Assembly: GCF_001735745.1 (NCBI RefSeq)
Contig: NZ_CP017260.1
Coordinates: 1,320,001 to 1,352,000, forward strand
Direction of reading: 5' to 3'
Source: Formosa sp. Hel1_33_131
Lineage (GTDB): Bacteria; Bacteroidota; Bacteroidia; Flavobacteriales; Flavobacteriaceae
DNA: 32,000 bases
The position numbers were made by a program, and so were the translations under genes. The notes under the pieces are model-generated. The model was given only the letters and a program-made list of their open reading frames with translations. It had not been told where the DNA came from and ran no database searches. Below, piece by piece: positions 1-10,124 of this stretch (the first letter of the stretch is position 1; every line of letters starts with the position of its first letter).

Positions 1-125
1 TCAAAAGCAACTGCAGCGCGAAATCCTTTGGTAACGCTCGTTTCTATCAACACAAAAAAGACGGGGCCAATCATAAAAGCTAAGAAAAAACCAAGTGGTA
101 TGGCAGCCTGGATATCATCTATCAT
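1..125 (-). CDS. LysE/RhtB-family exporter, N-terminal part (gene continues off the left edge)
   Basis: A minus-strand ATG lies at 125..123. My translation, MIDDIQAAIPLGFFLAFMIGPVFFVLIETSVTKGFRAAVAF..., stays open to position 1. It is a hydrophobic N-terminus with the GPxFF...T..GF pattern typical of LysE-family translocators. It is absent from the ORF track because it is truncated. Confidence 0.5.
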   Translation of the reverse strand, partial: MIDDIQAAIPLGFFLAFMIGPVFFVLIETSVTKGFRAAVAF

Positions 126-152
126 AGTACTTTAATTTTAAGGAGATGGATG

Positions 153-824
153 TTAATCTTTATAAATAACTCTTCCACCAATCATATTAATTTGTTTTAC
201 GGTTTTGGGGTTCCCGTGAATTATCAAATCTCCGCCAGCAACTATTCTAACTTCAATAACCTCAGAACTTTTTACTTCCGCTTCGCCTCCGGCCTTTATT
301 TTTATTTCGGAATTTATTGCTTGTAATGAAGCACCTTCATAAATACCGCCTGTTCTTATCTTTATATTCTGGGATTCAGTGGTACCGCTTACTTTGATAA
401 TACCACCTGTCACACTTTTAATTGATAATAGTTTTGTGTCGGTAATGACAGAAATTTCGCCACCCTCTTGGGCTTTTAATTCCAGCTCGTATTGTTTAAA
501 TGTTGATTGTGAAGCTACTTTGGCACCTTCATTAACATCGATAATATCGATTTTGGTATAAAAGAGTTTTACAAACGTTTTATTGCCATTAAAGGACTTA
601 TTAAGATCCATTTTAATTTTAAGAAGATCATTCTTTTGAACGATAAAAACGTTGGAAGTGTCCTCCCCTGTAATTTCAATTTTATTTTCAGTAGACTGAA
701 CAAGCTCAATATTTATGAGGTCGTAAACTTTGAGTTCTGAAAATTCGCCTAAAGTTTTACTAATTGGAGTTTGAGAGCTTACTAAAAAACTAGAAAAGAG
801 GAAAAATAAAATGTACGGTTTCAT
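153..824 (-). CDS. DUF2807 / head GIN domain protein (putative secreted beta-helical protein)
   Basis: 223 aa with an N-terminal signal peptide (MKPYILFFLFSSFLVSSQ). It has repeated ...GG.I.V.G... strands (TGGIIKVSG, RTGGIYEG, KAGGEAEV, VAGGDLIIHGNP) typical of the DUF2807 fold. Confidence 0.6.
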   Translation of the reverse strand: MKPYILFFLFSSFLVSSQTPISKTLGEFSELKVYDLINIELVQSTENKIEITGEDTSNVFIVQKNDLLKIKMDLNKSFNGNKTFVKLFYTKIDIIDVNEGAKVASQSTFKQYELELKAQEGGEISVITDTKLLSIKSVTGGIIKVSGTTESQNIKIRTGGIYEGASLQAINSEIKIKAGGEAEVKSSEVIEVRIVAGGDLIIHGNPKTVKQINMIGGRVIYKD

Positions 825-936
825 TTGTTGATATTTATTGATTTTTATAGGTCACATGCGATATCCATTTAATCATTTACTTGAGTATCAAGTTAGAGTT
901 ATGGTTGTGTCATGTGTTGGTATTTAAAAATATAAT

Positions 937-3105
937 TTAAGTTAATATAAAGTCTAAATGTTTTTTGACTAAATCCGCTTTTTTGACACGAACCTCAACT
1001 TCATCACCTAACTGGTATTTGGTTTTAGTTCTTTCGCCAATTAAAGCAAACTCTTCAGCATCAAATCTATAAAAATCTCCTTTGATATCTCTGATTCTGA
1101 TCATACCTTCGCATTTATTTTCTATGATTTCGACATACATGCCCCATTCAGTCACACCAGAAATAACGCCTAAAAAAGTGTCTTCTTTGTGGTCTTGCAT
1201 GTATTTAACTTGCATGTATTTTATAGAATCGCGCTCTGCTTTTGTTGCAAGATATTCCATATTAGAAGAATGTTTACATTTTTCTTCATAAACACCTTCA
1301 CTTGTTGATTTGTTGCCGTCCAAATAATATTGTAGCAAACGGTGTGCCATAACATCTGGGTAGCGACGAATAGGTGATGTAAAGTGGCTATAATGGTTAA
1401 AGGCAAGTCCGTAATGTCCTATATTTTTGGTGGTATAAACTGCTTTACTCATACAACGAATGGTGAGTGTATCTACAAGATTTTGTTCTTTGGTCCCTTT
1501 TACATTTTTTAGTAGGGTATTTAAAGAATGTGTGGTGGTTTCTCTACTTTTAAAATTTAATTGATGCCCAAATTGAGAAACAATTCTTTGAAGCCCAGCT
1601 AATTTTTGATCGTCTGGTTCATCATGAACTCTGTAGATAAATGTTTTTTGTGGTGATTGTTTTCCAATAAACTCAGAAACTTTTCTGTTCGCTAATAACA
1701 TAAACTCTTCAATAAGTTTATTTGCATCTTTAGATGTTTTAAAAAATACGCCTACAGGGTTATTAGATTCATCAAGGTTAAATTTAACTTCAGCTTTATC
1801 AAAAGAGATGGCACCATCTTTCATGCGTTTTGAACGCATTATTTTTGCCAATTCATCTAATTTTAAAATAGCGTCTTTGATGGCTTTATCAGCAGTGTAG
1901 GCTTCGTCGGTAATGGATATTTCTGCAGGAATGGCACAGTCTTTAGTTTCTATCATATGCTGTGCTTCTTCATAAGCAAAACGTGCATCGCTATAAGTTA
2001 CTGTTCTTCCAAACCACTGATTTTCGATACCTGATTTGTTGTTAATTTCAAAAACAGCAGAAAAGGTAAATTTTTCTTCTAAAGGTCTTAGAGAACAAGC
2101 ATTATTTGATAGGACTTCTGGCAGCATCGGAACCACTCTATCTACTAAATAAACAGAAGTAGCACGTTCGTAAGCTTCATCATCTAAAATAGTTCCTTCC
2201 TGTAAATAATGAGATACATCGGCTATATGAATTCCAATTTCATAGTTTCCATTTTTAAGTTGTTTAAAAGATAATGCATCATCAAAATCCTTTGCATCTT
2301 TTGGATCTATTGTAAACGTAAGTGTCGATCGCATATCGCGACGTTTTACAATTTCACCTTCTGTAATCGAGGTATCTATGTTATTTGCAAAAGCTTCAAC
2401 TTCGGCAGGAAATTCATAAGGCAGTCCGTATTCCGCTAGTATGGAATGAATTTCTGTATTGTGATCACCTGGTTTCCCAAGAATCTTAATAATTGCTCCA
2501 TTTGGACATTCTGCTTTGTCGGGCCATTCTTCTAAACTTACAAGAACTTTATCACCATCTTCAGCTTTCATCGTTTTTGATAAAGGCACAAAAACATCCA
2601 CAGGCATTTTATTACTATCAGGAACAACGAATGCAAATTTTTCATTTAACTGTACCACACCTACATATTCTGTGCGTGCTCGTTCTATAATTTGAGTTAT
2701 TTCTCCTTCTTGTTTTCCGTTTTTCTTACGGTTATAAATATATAATTCTACCGTATCACCATGCAAGGCTTTATGCATATTATTAGAGGCTATAAACACA
2801 TCGTCTTCAAAGGCATCACTAATGATGTAAGCATTGCCTCTTGCAGCCATATCTACTTTTCCTACAAAATATTCTGAGGACGTAATGATTTGAAATTTAC
2901 CACGTTCTACTTCTTCAATTTCTTTTTGACCTGCAAGTTTGTGAAGATTTTTTATAATTTGGTTGCGACTGCTAGCGTCGTTAACCTCTAGTTTTGCAGC
3001 AATCTGCTTGTGATTGTATGACTTTTTTCTATCGGCTTTCAGAATTGTTAAGATACTCTGACTGTAATTTTGTACCGATTGTTTGTTATTCTTTTTTCTT
3101 TTCAT
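937..3105 (-). CDS. rnr: Ribonuclease R (3'-5' exoribonuclease, RNB family)
   Basis: 722 aa. It has cold-shock-like N-terminal domains, an RNB catalytic core (IDPKDAKDFDDALS, HFTSPIRRYPD) and a C-terminal S1 domain (GVISGVTEWGMYVEI). Confidence 0.92.
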   Translation of the reverse strand: MKRKKNNKQSVQNYSQSILTILKADRKKSYNHKQIAAKLEVNDASSRNQIIKNLHKLAGQKEIEEVERGKFQIITSSEYFVGKVDMAARGNAYIISDAFEDDVFIASNNMHKALHGDTVELYIYNRKKNGKQEGEITQIIERARTEYVGVVQLNEKFAFVVPDSNKMPVDVFVPLSKTMKAEDGDKVLVSLEEWPDKAECPNGAIIKILGKPGDHNTEIHSILAEYGLPYEFPAEVEAFANNIDTSITEGEIVKRRDMRSTLTFTIDPKDAKDFDDALSFKQLKNGNYEIGIHIADVSHYLQEGTILDDEAYERATSVYLVDRVVPMLPEVLSNNACSLRPLEEKFTFSAVFEINNKSGIENQWFGRTVTYSDARFAYEEAQHMIETKDCAIPAEISITDEAYTADKAIKDAILKLDELAKIMRSKRMKDGAISFDKAEVKFNLDESNNPVGVFFKTSKDANKLIEEFMLLANRKVSEFIGKQSPQKTFIYRVHDEPDDQKLAGLQRIVSQFGHQLNFKSRETTTHSLNTLLKNVKGTKEQNLVDTLTIRCMSKAVYTTKNIGHYGLAFNHYSHFTSPIRRYPDVMAHRLLQYYLDGNKSTSEGVYEEKCKHSSNMEYLATKAERDSIKYMQVKYMQDHKEDTFLGVISGVTEWGMYVEIIENKCEGMIRIRDIKGDFYRFDAEEFALIGERTKTKYQLGDEVEVRVKKADLVKKHLDFILT

Positions 3106-3123
3106 TTAAGGTATGTAATTAAG

Positions 3124-3131
3124 CAAAGCTA
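3124..3131 (-). promoter_or_regulatory. Candidate Bacteroidota -7 promoter box (TAGCTTTG) for rnr
   Basis: The reverse complement of caaagcta is TAGCTTTG, which matches TAnnTTTG. It lies about 19 nt upstream of the rnr ATG at 3105. Confidence 0.3.
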
Positions 3132-3169
3132 CCACTTTAATTCAACCAAGGCTCATCTCTTTTTCAACT

Positions 3170-3178
3170 TTATCCACA
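3170..3178 (+). promoter_or_regulatory. Perfect DnaA-box consensus TTATCCACA
   Basis: An exact 9-mer TTATCCACA lies in the 544-bp AT-rich rnr/rpiB divergent spacer. It is followed directly by about 45 bp of almost pure A/T. Related (C)TATTCACA boxes occur at 3242-3250 (minus strand) and 3387-3395 (plus strand). Confidence 0.4.
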
Positions 3179-3649
3179 TTTAATATAATCATATTAATTT
3201 TTTATTAAATTATTTAAAAACTAATGGTGTTTATTATAGTGTGTGAATAGGTTATATAAGTTTATTTAGAATACGTAGTTTTCTTCTTTATATACATTTT
3301 ATAAACATATAATTAACAACTATATTATAATTAATTATCTGATTTATAATAATTTAATTGTATATGTTATGTGTTGTTAATAACCTCTATTCACATAGAA
3401 TGACTCATAAGTAATTTAGTGTTTTTTGTTTATAAACATACTTTTGATATTGATAAGTAAGTAACCAAAAAAGATAACTTAATTAGTTTTATAACTTTAA
3501 GTTGGCGGTTGATAAAATTAATCGATATATAAAAATTTAGTTTTCATAATCGTTCATTAATTATTAACAACTAATTAAAAAGGCTATAAACAATTTAATT
3601 TAAGTACCACTCTTTTTTGTAAATTTACTAATAATAAAAGTTATACCAA

Positions 3650-4081
3650 ATGAATATATCAATAGGAAATGATCACGCAGGAACGGATTATAAATTTAGA
3701 ATTATAGAATTTCTTAAATCTAAACATATAGAAGTTATAAATTACGGAACAGACTCTGATTCTAGTGTAGATTACCCAGATTTTGTACATCCTGTTGCAA
3801 AAGATGTGGAATCCAAAAAATCCACTTATGGGATTTTAATTTGTGGGAGCGCCAACGGAGTTGCGATGACAGCTAATAAATACGCTAATATAAGAGCTGG
3901 GATATGTTGGACCAATGAAATTGTTTCTCTTATACGTCAACATAATAATGCAAATATTCTTTGTATTCCCGCACGTTTCACTGAAATAGAGGGTGTTTTA
4001 GAAATGGTTGACACCTTTTTAAATACAGACTTTGAAGGCGGTCGTCATCAAAATAGGATTAATAAAATACAACCTTGTTAA
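3650..4081 (+). CDS. rpiB: Ribose-5-phosphate isomerase B
   Basis: 143 aa. The motifs IGNDHAG, GILICGSANGVAMTANK and IRAGICW fit the RpiB/LacAB family. Confidence 0.9.
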   Translation: MNISIGNDHAGTDYKFRIIEFLKSKHIEVINYGTDSDSSVDYPDFVHPVAKDVESKKSTYGILICGSANGVAMTANKYANIRAGICWTNEIVSLIRQHNNANILCIPARFTEIEGVLEMVDTFLNTDFEGGRHQNRINKIQPC

Positions 4082-4087
4082 CTAGTA

Positions 4088-4990
4088 ATGGGACATTCTC
4101 ATAAACACGCCCCCGACCGTACAGGTCGGAATCTTCTTCTTTCTATTTTATTAAATAGTGTCATTACCCTTGCCCAAATTATTGGTGGGTTTTTATCTGG
4201 AAGTCTTGCACTTTTAAGTGATGCGCTACATAATTTAACAGATGTAATTTCACTTGTTATTTCTTATGTTGCTTCTAGTTTATCTAAAAGAAAAGCCACT
4301 ATTTCTAGAACGTTTGGATATAAACGTGCCGAGATTATTGCTGCGTTTATAAATGCATCCTCTCTAATTATTATTGCTATTTATTTAATGTTTGAAGCGG
4401 TTAAGCGCTTTTTTAATCCGCAAACTATTGAACCCGATTTAGTAATATGGCTTTCTATTTTAGGGATTGTTTTTAATGGACTCAGTGTTTTATTATTAAA
4501 AAAAGACAGTGCTCATAGCATTAATATACGCTCAGCATATCTACATTTATTAACGGACATGCTTGCCAGTATTGCAGTGTTAATTGGAGGACTTCTAATG
4601 AAGTTTTATCAAATTTTTTGGGTAGATGCTGCGCTCACAATCGCCATTGCGTTGTACCTCATCATTGTGGGGTATAGTTTACTTAAAGAGTCGTTTTACA
4701 TTCTTATGTTGTTCACTCCAAAAGACATCAAAATTGAGGAGATTGTTGAAGAAGTTATTAAGGTCGATCAGATAAATAACATTCATCATATTCATGTGTG
4801 GCAGTTGAATGAAACCGAAATTCATTTAGAAGCACATATAGATTTTAATGTAGATTTAAAATTTTCGGAATTTAATATAATTCTTAAAAGACTAGAAGCC
4901 ACTCTTTTTACAAAGTTTAAAATAAACCACTTTAACATTCAACCAGAATTTGGGAATTCAGACCCTAAATCTATAATTATTCAAGATTAA
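4088..4990 (+). CDS. Cation diffusion facilitator (CDF) family metal efflux transporter
   Basis: 300 aa with a His-rich N-terminus (MGHSHKH) and six predicted TM segments. CDF motifs are present (LLSDALHNLTDV, HLLTDMLASI), followed by a C-terminal cytoplasmic domain. Confidence 0.85.
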   Translation: MGHSHKHAPDRTGRNLLLSILLNSVITLAQIIGGFLSGSLALLSDALHNLTDVISLVISYVASSLSKRKATISRTFGYKRAEIIAAFINASSLIIIAIYLMFEAVKRFFNPQTIEPDLVIWLSILGIVFNGLSVLLLKKDSAHSINIRSAYLHLLTDMLASIAVLIGGLLMKFYQIFWVDAALTIAIALYLIIVGYSLLKESFYILMLFTPKDIKIEEIVEEVIKVDQINNIHHIHVWQLNETEIHLEAHIDFNVDLKFSEFNIILKRLEATLFTKFKINHFNIQPEFGNSDPKSIIIQD

Positions 4991-4993
4991 TTT

Positions 4994-5437
4994 ATGCTAG
5001 ATATTTCTATTAAAACGTTTAACCAACTTTCTTTAGAGGAGCTTTATTATTTATTACAGTTAAGAAGTGAGGTCTTTGTAGTGGAGCAAGATTGCGTCTA
5101 TCAAGACGTGGATGGAAAGGATCAAAACGCCTTGCACGTTATTGGAAAAAAAGACAATAGGATTATAGCTTATACACGTATTTTTAAAGCAGGCGACTAT
5201 TTTAAAGAAGCGAGTATAGGACGTGTGGTTGTTTCAGAAAAAGAGCGTCATTTAAAGTACGGTCATCAATTAATGCTTGCTTCTATAAAGGCTATTGAAA
5301 CGTCTTTTTATACAAAGAAAATCAAACTCTCTGCACAAAAATATCTAGAAAAGTTCTATACCAATTTAGGATTTAAAACAATTGGCGAACCTTATTTAGA
5401 AGATGGAATTCCACACATTGCCATGGTGAAAAATTAA
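4994..5437 (+). CDS. GNAT family N-acetyltransferase (ElaA-like)
   Basis: 147 aa. The sequence LRSEVFVVEQDCVYQDVDGKD...IGRVVV...R....G..L...A resembles ElaA-type GNATs. Confidence 0.75.
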   Translation: MLDISIKTFNQLSLEELYYLLQLRSEVFVVEQDCVYQDVDGKDQNALHVIGKKDNRIIAYTRIFKAGDYFKEASIGRVVVSEKERHLKYGHQLMLASIKAIETSFYTKKIKLSAQKYLEKFYTNLGFKTIGEPYLEDGIPHIAMVKN

Positions 5438-6282
5438 TTTCTTTTAGAAATAGAGGTGATTTTAATTTCTACACGTTTATCGTACTTTGTTGCTTTTCCT
5501 AACGGGTATTTATTCTTTAAACCCACATAGCGCATTCGGGTTCTCTTAACGCCATTTTTAACTAAATAATCATAGATATACTTAGCTCTGGCTAACGATA
5601 AATTTCGTTTACCGGTCTTTCGGTCTACAGCATCTCTTGCATTTTTTGTGCAACAGACATGTCCTTCTATCGTAAAATAGATATCGTCTCTTTCTCGCAA
5701 TGCATCCGCCATCATTTCTAGAACGGGAATGGATTCTTTTACGATGTAACTATAGCCCGTTTTAAAGAGAATATTGTCAAGCGTTATTTTATCCCCAACC
5801 GCTAATTTTTTCTTTAAAAAACGATATTCTTCTTTTTCTTTAACAACCACTTCTGGCTCCGTAATTTTATACACCACATTGATCTCAACTTTTCGGTTCA
5901 ATCCTCTTATAATATTTAGGTTATCAGAGGAAATCACACGTAGCAACACTTCTCCTTTTCCATCTACGTTGCTTATAAGGTTATCATCGACACCGAAACC
6001 AGAAAATATTTTTTTAATCGCATCCGCTCTGTTTTGAGAGAGCTCCAAATTATACAAATCACTTCCACGATCGTCACAAAACCCATAAATAGCGATGCGC
6101 TCTATTTCAACATCTTTTAAACTTTGAATAAATAACACAAGGCGGTTTGTTTCTATTTGAGGCACATCAAATTGCCCCGTTTCAAAATAGACCACATGCG
6201 TGTTACCCGTCTGTGCTTGAGACAAATTCATTAGTAAAAACAGTAAAAAAACAATCTTCCTCATCTTTTCTTCAAATCTCAA
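5434..6282 (-). CDS. OmpA-family protein with two OmpA-like peptidoglycan-binding repeats
   Basis: 282 aa with a signal peptide. It has two OmpA_C-like modules (LELSQNRADAIKKIF...NRKVEINV and LSLARAKYIYDYLVKNGV...DKRVEIKI). Confidence 0.75.
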   Translation of the reverse strand: MRFEEKMRKIVFLLFLLMNLSQAQTGNTHVVYFETGQFDVPQIETNRLVLFIQSLKDVEIERIAIYGFCDDRGSDLYNLELSQNRADAIKKIFSGFGVDDNLISNVDGKGEVLLRVISSDNLNIIRGLNRKVEINVVYKITEPEVVVKEKEEYRFLKKKLAVGDKITLDNILFKTGYSYIVKESIPVLEMMADALRERDDIYFTIEGHVCCTKNARDAVDRKTGKRNLSLARAKYIYDYLVKNGVKRTRMRYVGLKNKYPLGKATKYDKRVEIKITSISKRN

Positions 6283-6300
6283 ATGTAACTAAACATTTGT

Positions 6301-7932
6301 TTATTTCAATATATTTTGATAAACCGGTATGTCATTTATAATTTCTTGGGCCTTAAATACTTCGGCGTTTTCCGAAAGAAAATACGCATACATTCCTTCT
6401 CTGTAAAAATAGCGTTTTATTATTTCCCCCTCCAAAGCAGTTATAATTTCTATTTTAAAGGTCTCCACTAATTTTAATTTTTCTTCAAGAAGCGAGCGTT
6501 CTAACCCCTCAAAACTAGTCTCCATCGTTCCGAATCCCTCTTCAATTAGCAGCGTTTTTAAATGATTAATATCTTCTTGTGTTTGACCAATTGTATTGTA
6601 TTTTTTTTCGGTACTCATCTTTTTAAAACGCTCAAAATCTTTTTTATCTAAACGAAAACCCTCTAAACCTTCAACGGTATTGTTGTGAAAATATTGGTTG
6701 GAATAATCAAATACTAACGCACTTTTTAAGAGTTTCTCTATAAACTTATTTGGATTTTCATTCCCAACAAGAATATCCGGATTAATTCCACCACCGTCAT
6801 ATACTGTTCGCCCATTTTTTGTTTTAAAGGCTGTGTATTGGTTTTCTTCATACCGAACAGCGGATCCATCTTTTTTTCTATTTCTATAGTCCAATGCCTG
6901 AATACAGCGCCCCGACGGCGTGTAGTAACGAGAGATTGTGACCTTTATTTGCGATCCGTAAGGCAAGGGTTTAGGCCGCTGAACCAATCCTTTTCCAAAA
7001 CTCCTTTTTCCAACAACAACAGCACGGTCCAAGTCTTGCAAAGCACCTGCAACAATTTCACTTGCAGAAGCACTGTTTTGATTTATTAACACCACCAACG
7101 GAATTTCTAAACTTAGCGGTTGTTTTTGGGTTTCAAAAGTTTGGTTGTAATTATCTACGTTCGATTTTGTTGATACCACCAACTGCCCTTTTGGGACAAA
7201 TAAGTTTACAATTTTAACCGCTTCATGAAGCAATCCGCCCGGGTTGTTTCTTAAATCTAAAATAATTCCTTTTGCCTCATCTATAAGCATCAATTTAAGT
7301 GCGCTCTCTACTTCTTTGGAAGCTGTTTTTGTAAAACGATCTAGCGCAATATAGCCAATACCATCTGGTAACAGTTTAGACACTGGAACTGCTTTTGGTT
7401 TTACATCTCCTCGCGACACAATCACTTCTACGGTTTTTCCATTTCGAAGGTAAGTTAAGGCAACCGTTGTGTTTTTTTTACCATTCAAAAACTGGGTTGC
7501 ACTTTCTTGCAAATCACTTACATCCAGCCCATCAATTTTAATAATTTCATCTCCAGGTTTCAAGCCAGCCTTGTCAGCGGGTAAACCCTTATAAACTTCC
7601 ACAACGACTAATTTATTTTTAGAAGTGTTGATGGTTGCCCCAATTCCAACATAGGCACCCGATTGATAGATTCGAGCTTTCTCTACATCTTGTTCGTTCA
7701 AGTAAGTGGTGTAGGGATCTAATTCTTTCAGCATCTGTTTGACGCTTGCTTGCATCAAATCAGCAGGATTCGTCTCATCCACATAATTCATGTTGACTTC
7801 TTTAAAGAGCGTGGTGAAAATATCCAACTGCTTCGCAATTTCAAAATAATCATTTTTATAGGCCGTTGTCGAAATAAAAATCAACACCAGAACTCCCAGT
7901 AACACTCCTCTTTTTTTACGATACAACTTCAT
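6301..7932 (-). CDS. S41 family C-terminal processing peptidase
   Basis: 543 aa with an N-terminal signal/anchor and a PDZ segment (GLPADKAGLKPGDEIIKIDG). The S41 catalytic region is present (NQNSASASEIVAGALQDLDRAVVVGKRSFGKG). Confidence 0.88.
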   Translation of the reverse strand: MKLYRKKRGVLLGVLVLIFISTTAYKNDYFEIAKQLDIFTTLFKEVNMNYVDETNPADLMQASVKQMLKELDPYTTYLNEQDVEKARIYQSGAYVGIGATINTSKNKLVVVEVYKGLPADKAGLKPGDEIIKIDGLDVSDLQESATQFLNGKKNTTVALTYLRNGKTVEVIVSRGDVKPKAVPVSKLLPDGIGYIALDRFTKTASKEVESALKLMLIDEAKGIILDLRNNPGGLLHEAVKIVNLFVPKGQLVVSTKSNVDNYNQTFETQKQPLSLEIPLVVLINQNSASASEIVAGALQDLDRAVVVGKRSFGKGLVQRPKPLPYGSQIKVTISRYYTPSGRCIQALDYRNRKKDGSAVRYEENQYTAFKTKNGRTVYDGGGINPDILVGNENPNKFIEKLLKSALVFDYSNQYFHNNTVEGLEGFRLDKKDFERFKKMSTEKKYNTIGQTQEDINHLKTLLIEEGFGTMETSFEGLERSLLEEKLKLVETFKIEIITALEGEIIKRYFYREGMYAYFLSENAEVFKAQEIINDIPVYQNILK

Positions 7933-8269
7933 TCAATTCTCTTTTATTAAAACGCTTTATTAAAAATTCAAACTGTTCTTTTAGTTGCCCCGATTCGGGC
8001 ATTTCCTTTCCAACATACAAGACCATCAAGCAGTATTTTGAATCCAATGTATCGAGCGCTACTGAAAGTTGTTTTTCTACAGCCACCCTCAAAAGGCGTT
8101 TGATCCGATTCCGATCTACAGCACTTTTAAAATATTTTTTACTGACAGAAACCCCGACCAAATGTTTGTCAGTGGTTTCTAAATAGACCATTCTCAAAGG
8201 AAATGCACCAACTGAATTACCAGTTACGAACAACTGCTCTATTTGCTTTTTTCCTTTTAAACGCTCCAT
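7916..8269 (-). CDS. rnpA: Ribonuclease P protein component
   Basis: 117 aa and basic. The motif SVSKKYFKSAVDRNRIKRLLRVA matches the RnpA RNR-motif region. Its 3' end overlaps the S41 peptidase start by 17 nt. Confidence 0.85.
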   Translation of the reverse strand: MERLKGKKQIEQLFVTGNSVGAFPLRMVYLETTDKHLVGVSVSKKYFKSAVDRNRIKRLLRVAVEKQLSVALDTLDSKYCLMVLYVGKEMPESGQLKEQFEFLIKRFNKRELNEVVS

Positions 8270-8272
8270 AGT

Positions 8273-10099
8273 TTATAATACTTTAAGCTTATTATTTTCT
8301 TTGTTTATGTCTGCTGTTGCTTTGTTTACATCTACGGTAATGGTATCAATTTCTGAAGGATTCATATCTACAGAAAAACTATATTCTGGATATGCCCAAG
8401 CCCAATCTTTTAACAACACCTCTCCAACCAGAAGTGGTTTTTCACCTCGCATCATCTGCAAAGGGATGTAATAATTTTTTACACTTCCATCCTTCATAAG
8501 AACCTGAACCTCTACTGGCATTGGCATTAACCCAATGCGTTCAAGCGTAATATTGGTTTTACCTTCTAAAGCAACGGCACTTTTCACTCCGTAATCAATC
8601 GTATTTGTCGTCTGTGTCCAATCCGTCAAAAACCATTCCAATTCTAAACCAGACGTCTTTTCGGCACAACGGATAAAATCATTTGGCGTTGGGTGTTTAA
8701 ACGCCCAGTCGTTAAAATATTCTTTTAAGGTCTTTTCAAAATTTTCCTCTCCAATAATATATCGCAATTGCGCCAATACCAAGGCACCTTTACTATAAGT
8801 TGAGACGCTATAAGAAGCGTTATACGCAAACCGATCTGAATGTGTGCTCATGGGTTGTTCTTTGCCACTTTGCACGAGCCTGTAATAGCGATCGTAATTA
8901 CGTTTCATTGGTTCAGCAGTCTCTACGCCAAATATGGTATTTTCAATAAATGTACAAGTGTACTCCGCAAACCCTTCATCTAACCAGGGGTGTTTACTTT
9001 CGTTAGAAGCCATCAAAAACTGAAACCATGTATGTCCAATTTCGTGTGCAGTCACGCCCACCAAACTCTCAAAACTGCGCTCTCCTGTAATCAGGGTACA
9101 CATGCCGTATTCCATACCACCATCGCCCCCCTGAATCACAGAGTATTGCTCATAGGGATATTTTCCAACCGCACTGCTATAGTATTGCATGATTTCACTT
9201 GTTGGGACTTGTAAGTCTCTCCAGCGTTTTTTGTATTTACGCTTTAAGGACTTTTTATATAAAAAATGCAACAGCGGTCCATCGGGAACTTGTAAGGTAT
9301 CGTGAATAAAATTTGGATCAGCGGCCCATGTAAAATCATGAACGTTGGGTGCTACAAAATGCCATGTTAGCACATCTGAATCTTCTTTTGTCTCTTTGGT
9401 TCCATATCCATGTCCAATTTCATTTGGGTTTTGTAAGTAACCTGTTCCGCCAACCGTATAGTCTTTATCAAGGGTTAGCTTTACATCAAAATCACCCCAC
9501 ACGCCATGAAACTCTCTTCCAATATAAGGGTCCGCATGCCAGCCTTCAAAATCATATTCTGCCATTTTTGGATACCATTGTGCCATAGAAAGCGCTACTC
9601 CTTCTTTACTGTTTTTTCCAGAGCGACGAATCACAGGCGGTACCTGTCCTTCAAAAGTCATTTCAAATAGGGCCGACTCTCCCGATTTGATAGGTGTGTT
9701 TAATTGAACTTCCAACACCGTTCCAACCACAGTATACTCTAAAGGGACACTGTTTTGGGTCAAACTAACAACGTTTAGAAATCCAAAATCTTCTTTTTGA
9801 AGCTTACTAATTCGATCTCCGACTCGTGAATCTGCATCTGCAATTGTAATGGAACGGACATCCATTTCACTTCCGGGTTGAAAGGCATTGAAAAATAAAT
9901 GATAAAACACGCGCCCTAAATTATCTGGAGAATTGTTGGTGTAAACTAGTTTTTGAGTCCCTCCGTAATTGAAGGTATTCACATCCATTTTCACGTCCAT
10001 AGTGTAGTCCACTCGTTGTTGCCAGTATTCAAAATTGTTTTGACTGTCCACAGAAGTGATTCCGATTAAAAAAGCAAGCACATAAGAAGTATGTTTCAT
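8273..10099 (-). CDS. M1 family zinc metallopeptidase (aminopeptidase N-like)
   Basis: 608 aa with a signal peptide. It has the HEXXH zinc motif (HEIGHTWF) plus a downstream WLDEGFAEY glutamate ligand. Confidence 0.88.
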   Translation of the reverse strand: MKHTSYVLAFLIGITSVDSQNNFEYWQQRVDYTMDVKMDVNTFNYGGTQKLVYTNNSPDNLGRVFYHLFFNAFQPGSEMDVRSITIADADSRVGDRISKLQKEDFGFLNVVSLTQNSVPLEYTVVGTVLEVQLNTPIKSGESALFEMTFEGQVPPVIRRSGKNSKEGVALSMAQWYPKMAEYDFEGWHADPYIGREFHGVWGDFDVKLTLDKDYTVGGTGYLQNPNEIGHGYGTKETKEDSDVLTWHFVAPNVHDFTWAADPNFIHDTLQVPDGPLLHFLYKKSLKRKYKKRWRDLQVPTSEIMQYYSSAVGKYPYEQYSVIQGGDGGMEYGMCTLITGERSFESLVGVTAHEIGHTWFQFLMASNESKHPWLDEGFAEYTCTFIENTIFGVETAEPMKRNYDRYYRLVQSGKEQPMSTHSDRFAYNASYSVSTYSKGALVLAQLRYIIGEENFEKTLKEYFNDWAFKHPTPNDFIRCAEKTSGLELEWFLTDWTQTTNTIDYGVKSAVALEGKTNITLERIGLMPMPVEVQVLMKDGSVKNYYIPLQMMRGEKPLLVGEVLLKDWAWAYPEYSFSVDMNPSEIDTITVDVNKATADINKENNKLKVL

Positions 10100-10124
10100 T
10101 TGTTTGTGTTTATTGGTTTTTGTT

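Noticed and set aside
879-893. Hairpin acttga-gta-tcaagt downstream of rnr as a terminator
   Set aside because: The stem is 6 bp and AT-rich, with no U-tract, so it is not convincing.
5434-5437. Convergent GNAT and OmpA-like genes overlap by 4 nt within the palindrome AATTAATT
   Set aside because: The overlap is real, but it is a trivial consequence of TAA stops on both strands. There is no evidence of functional significance.
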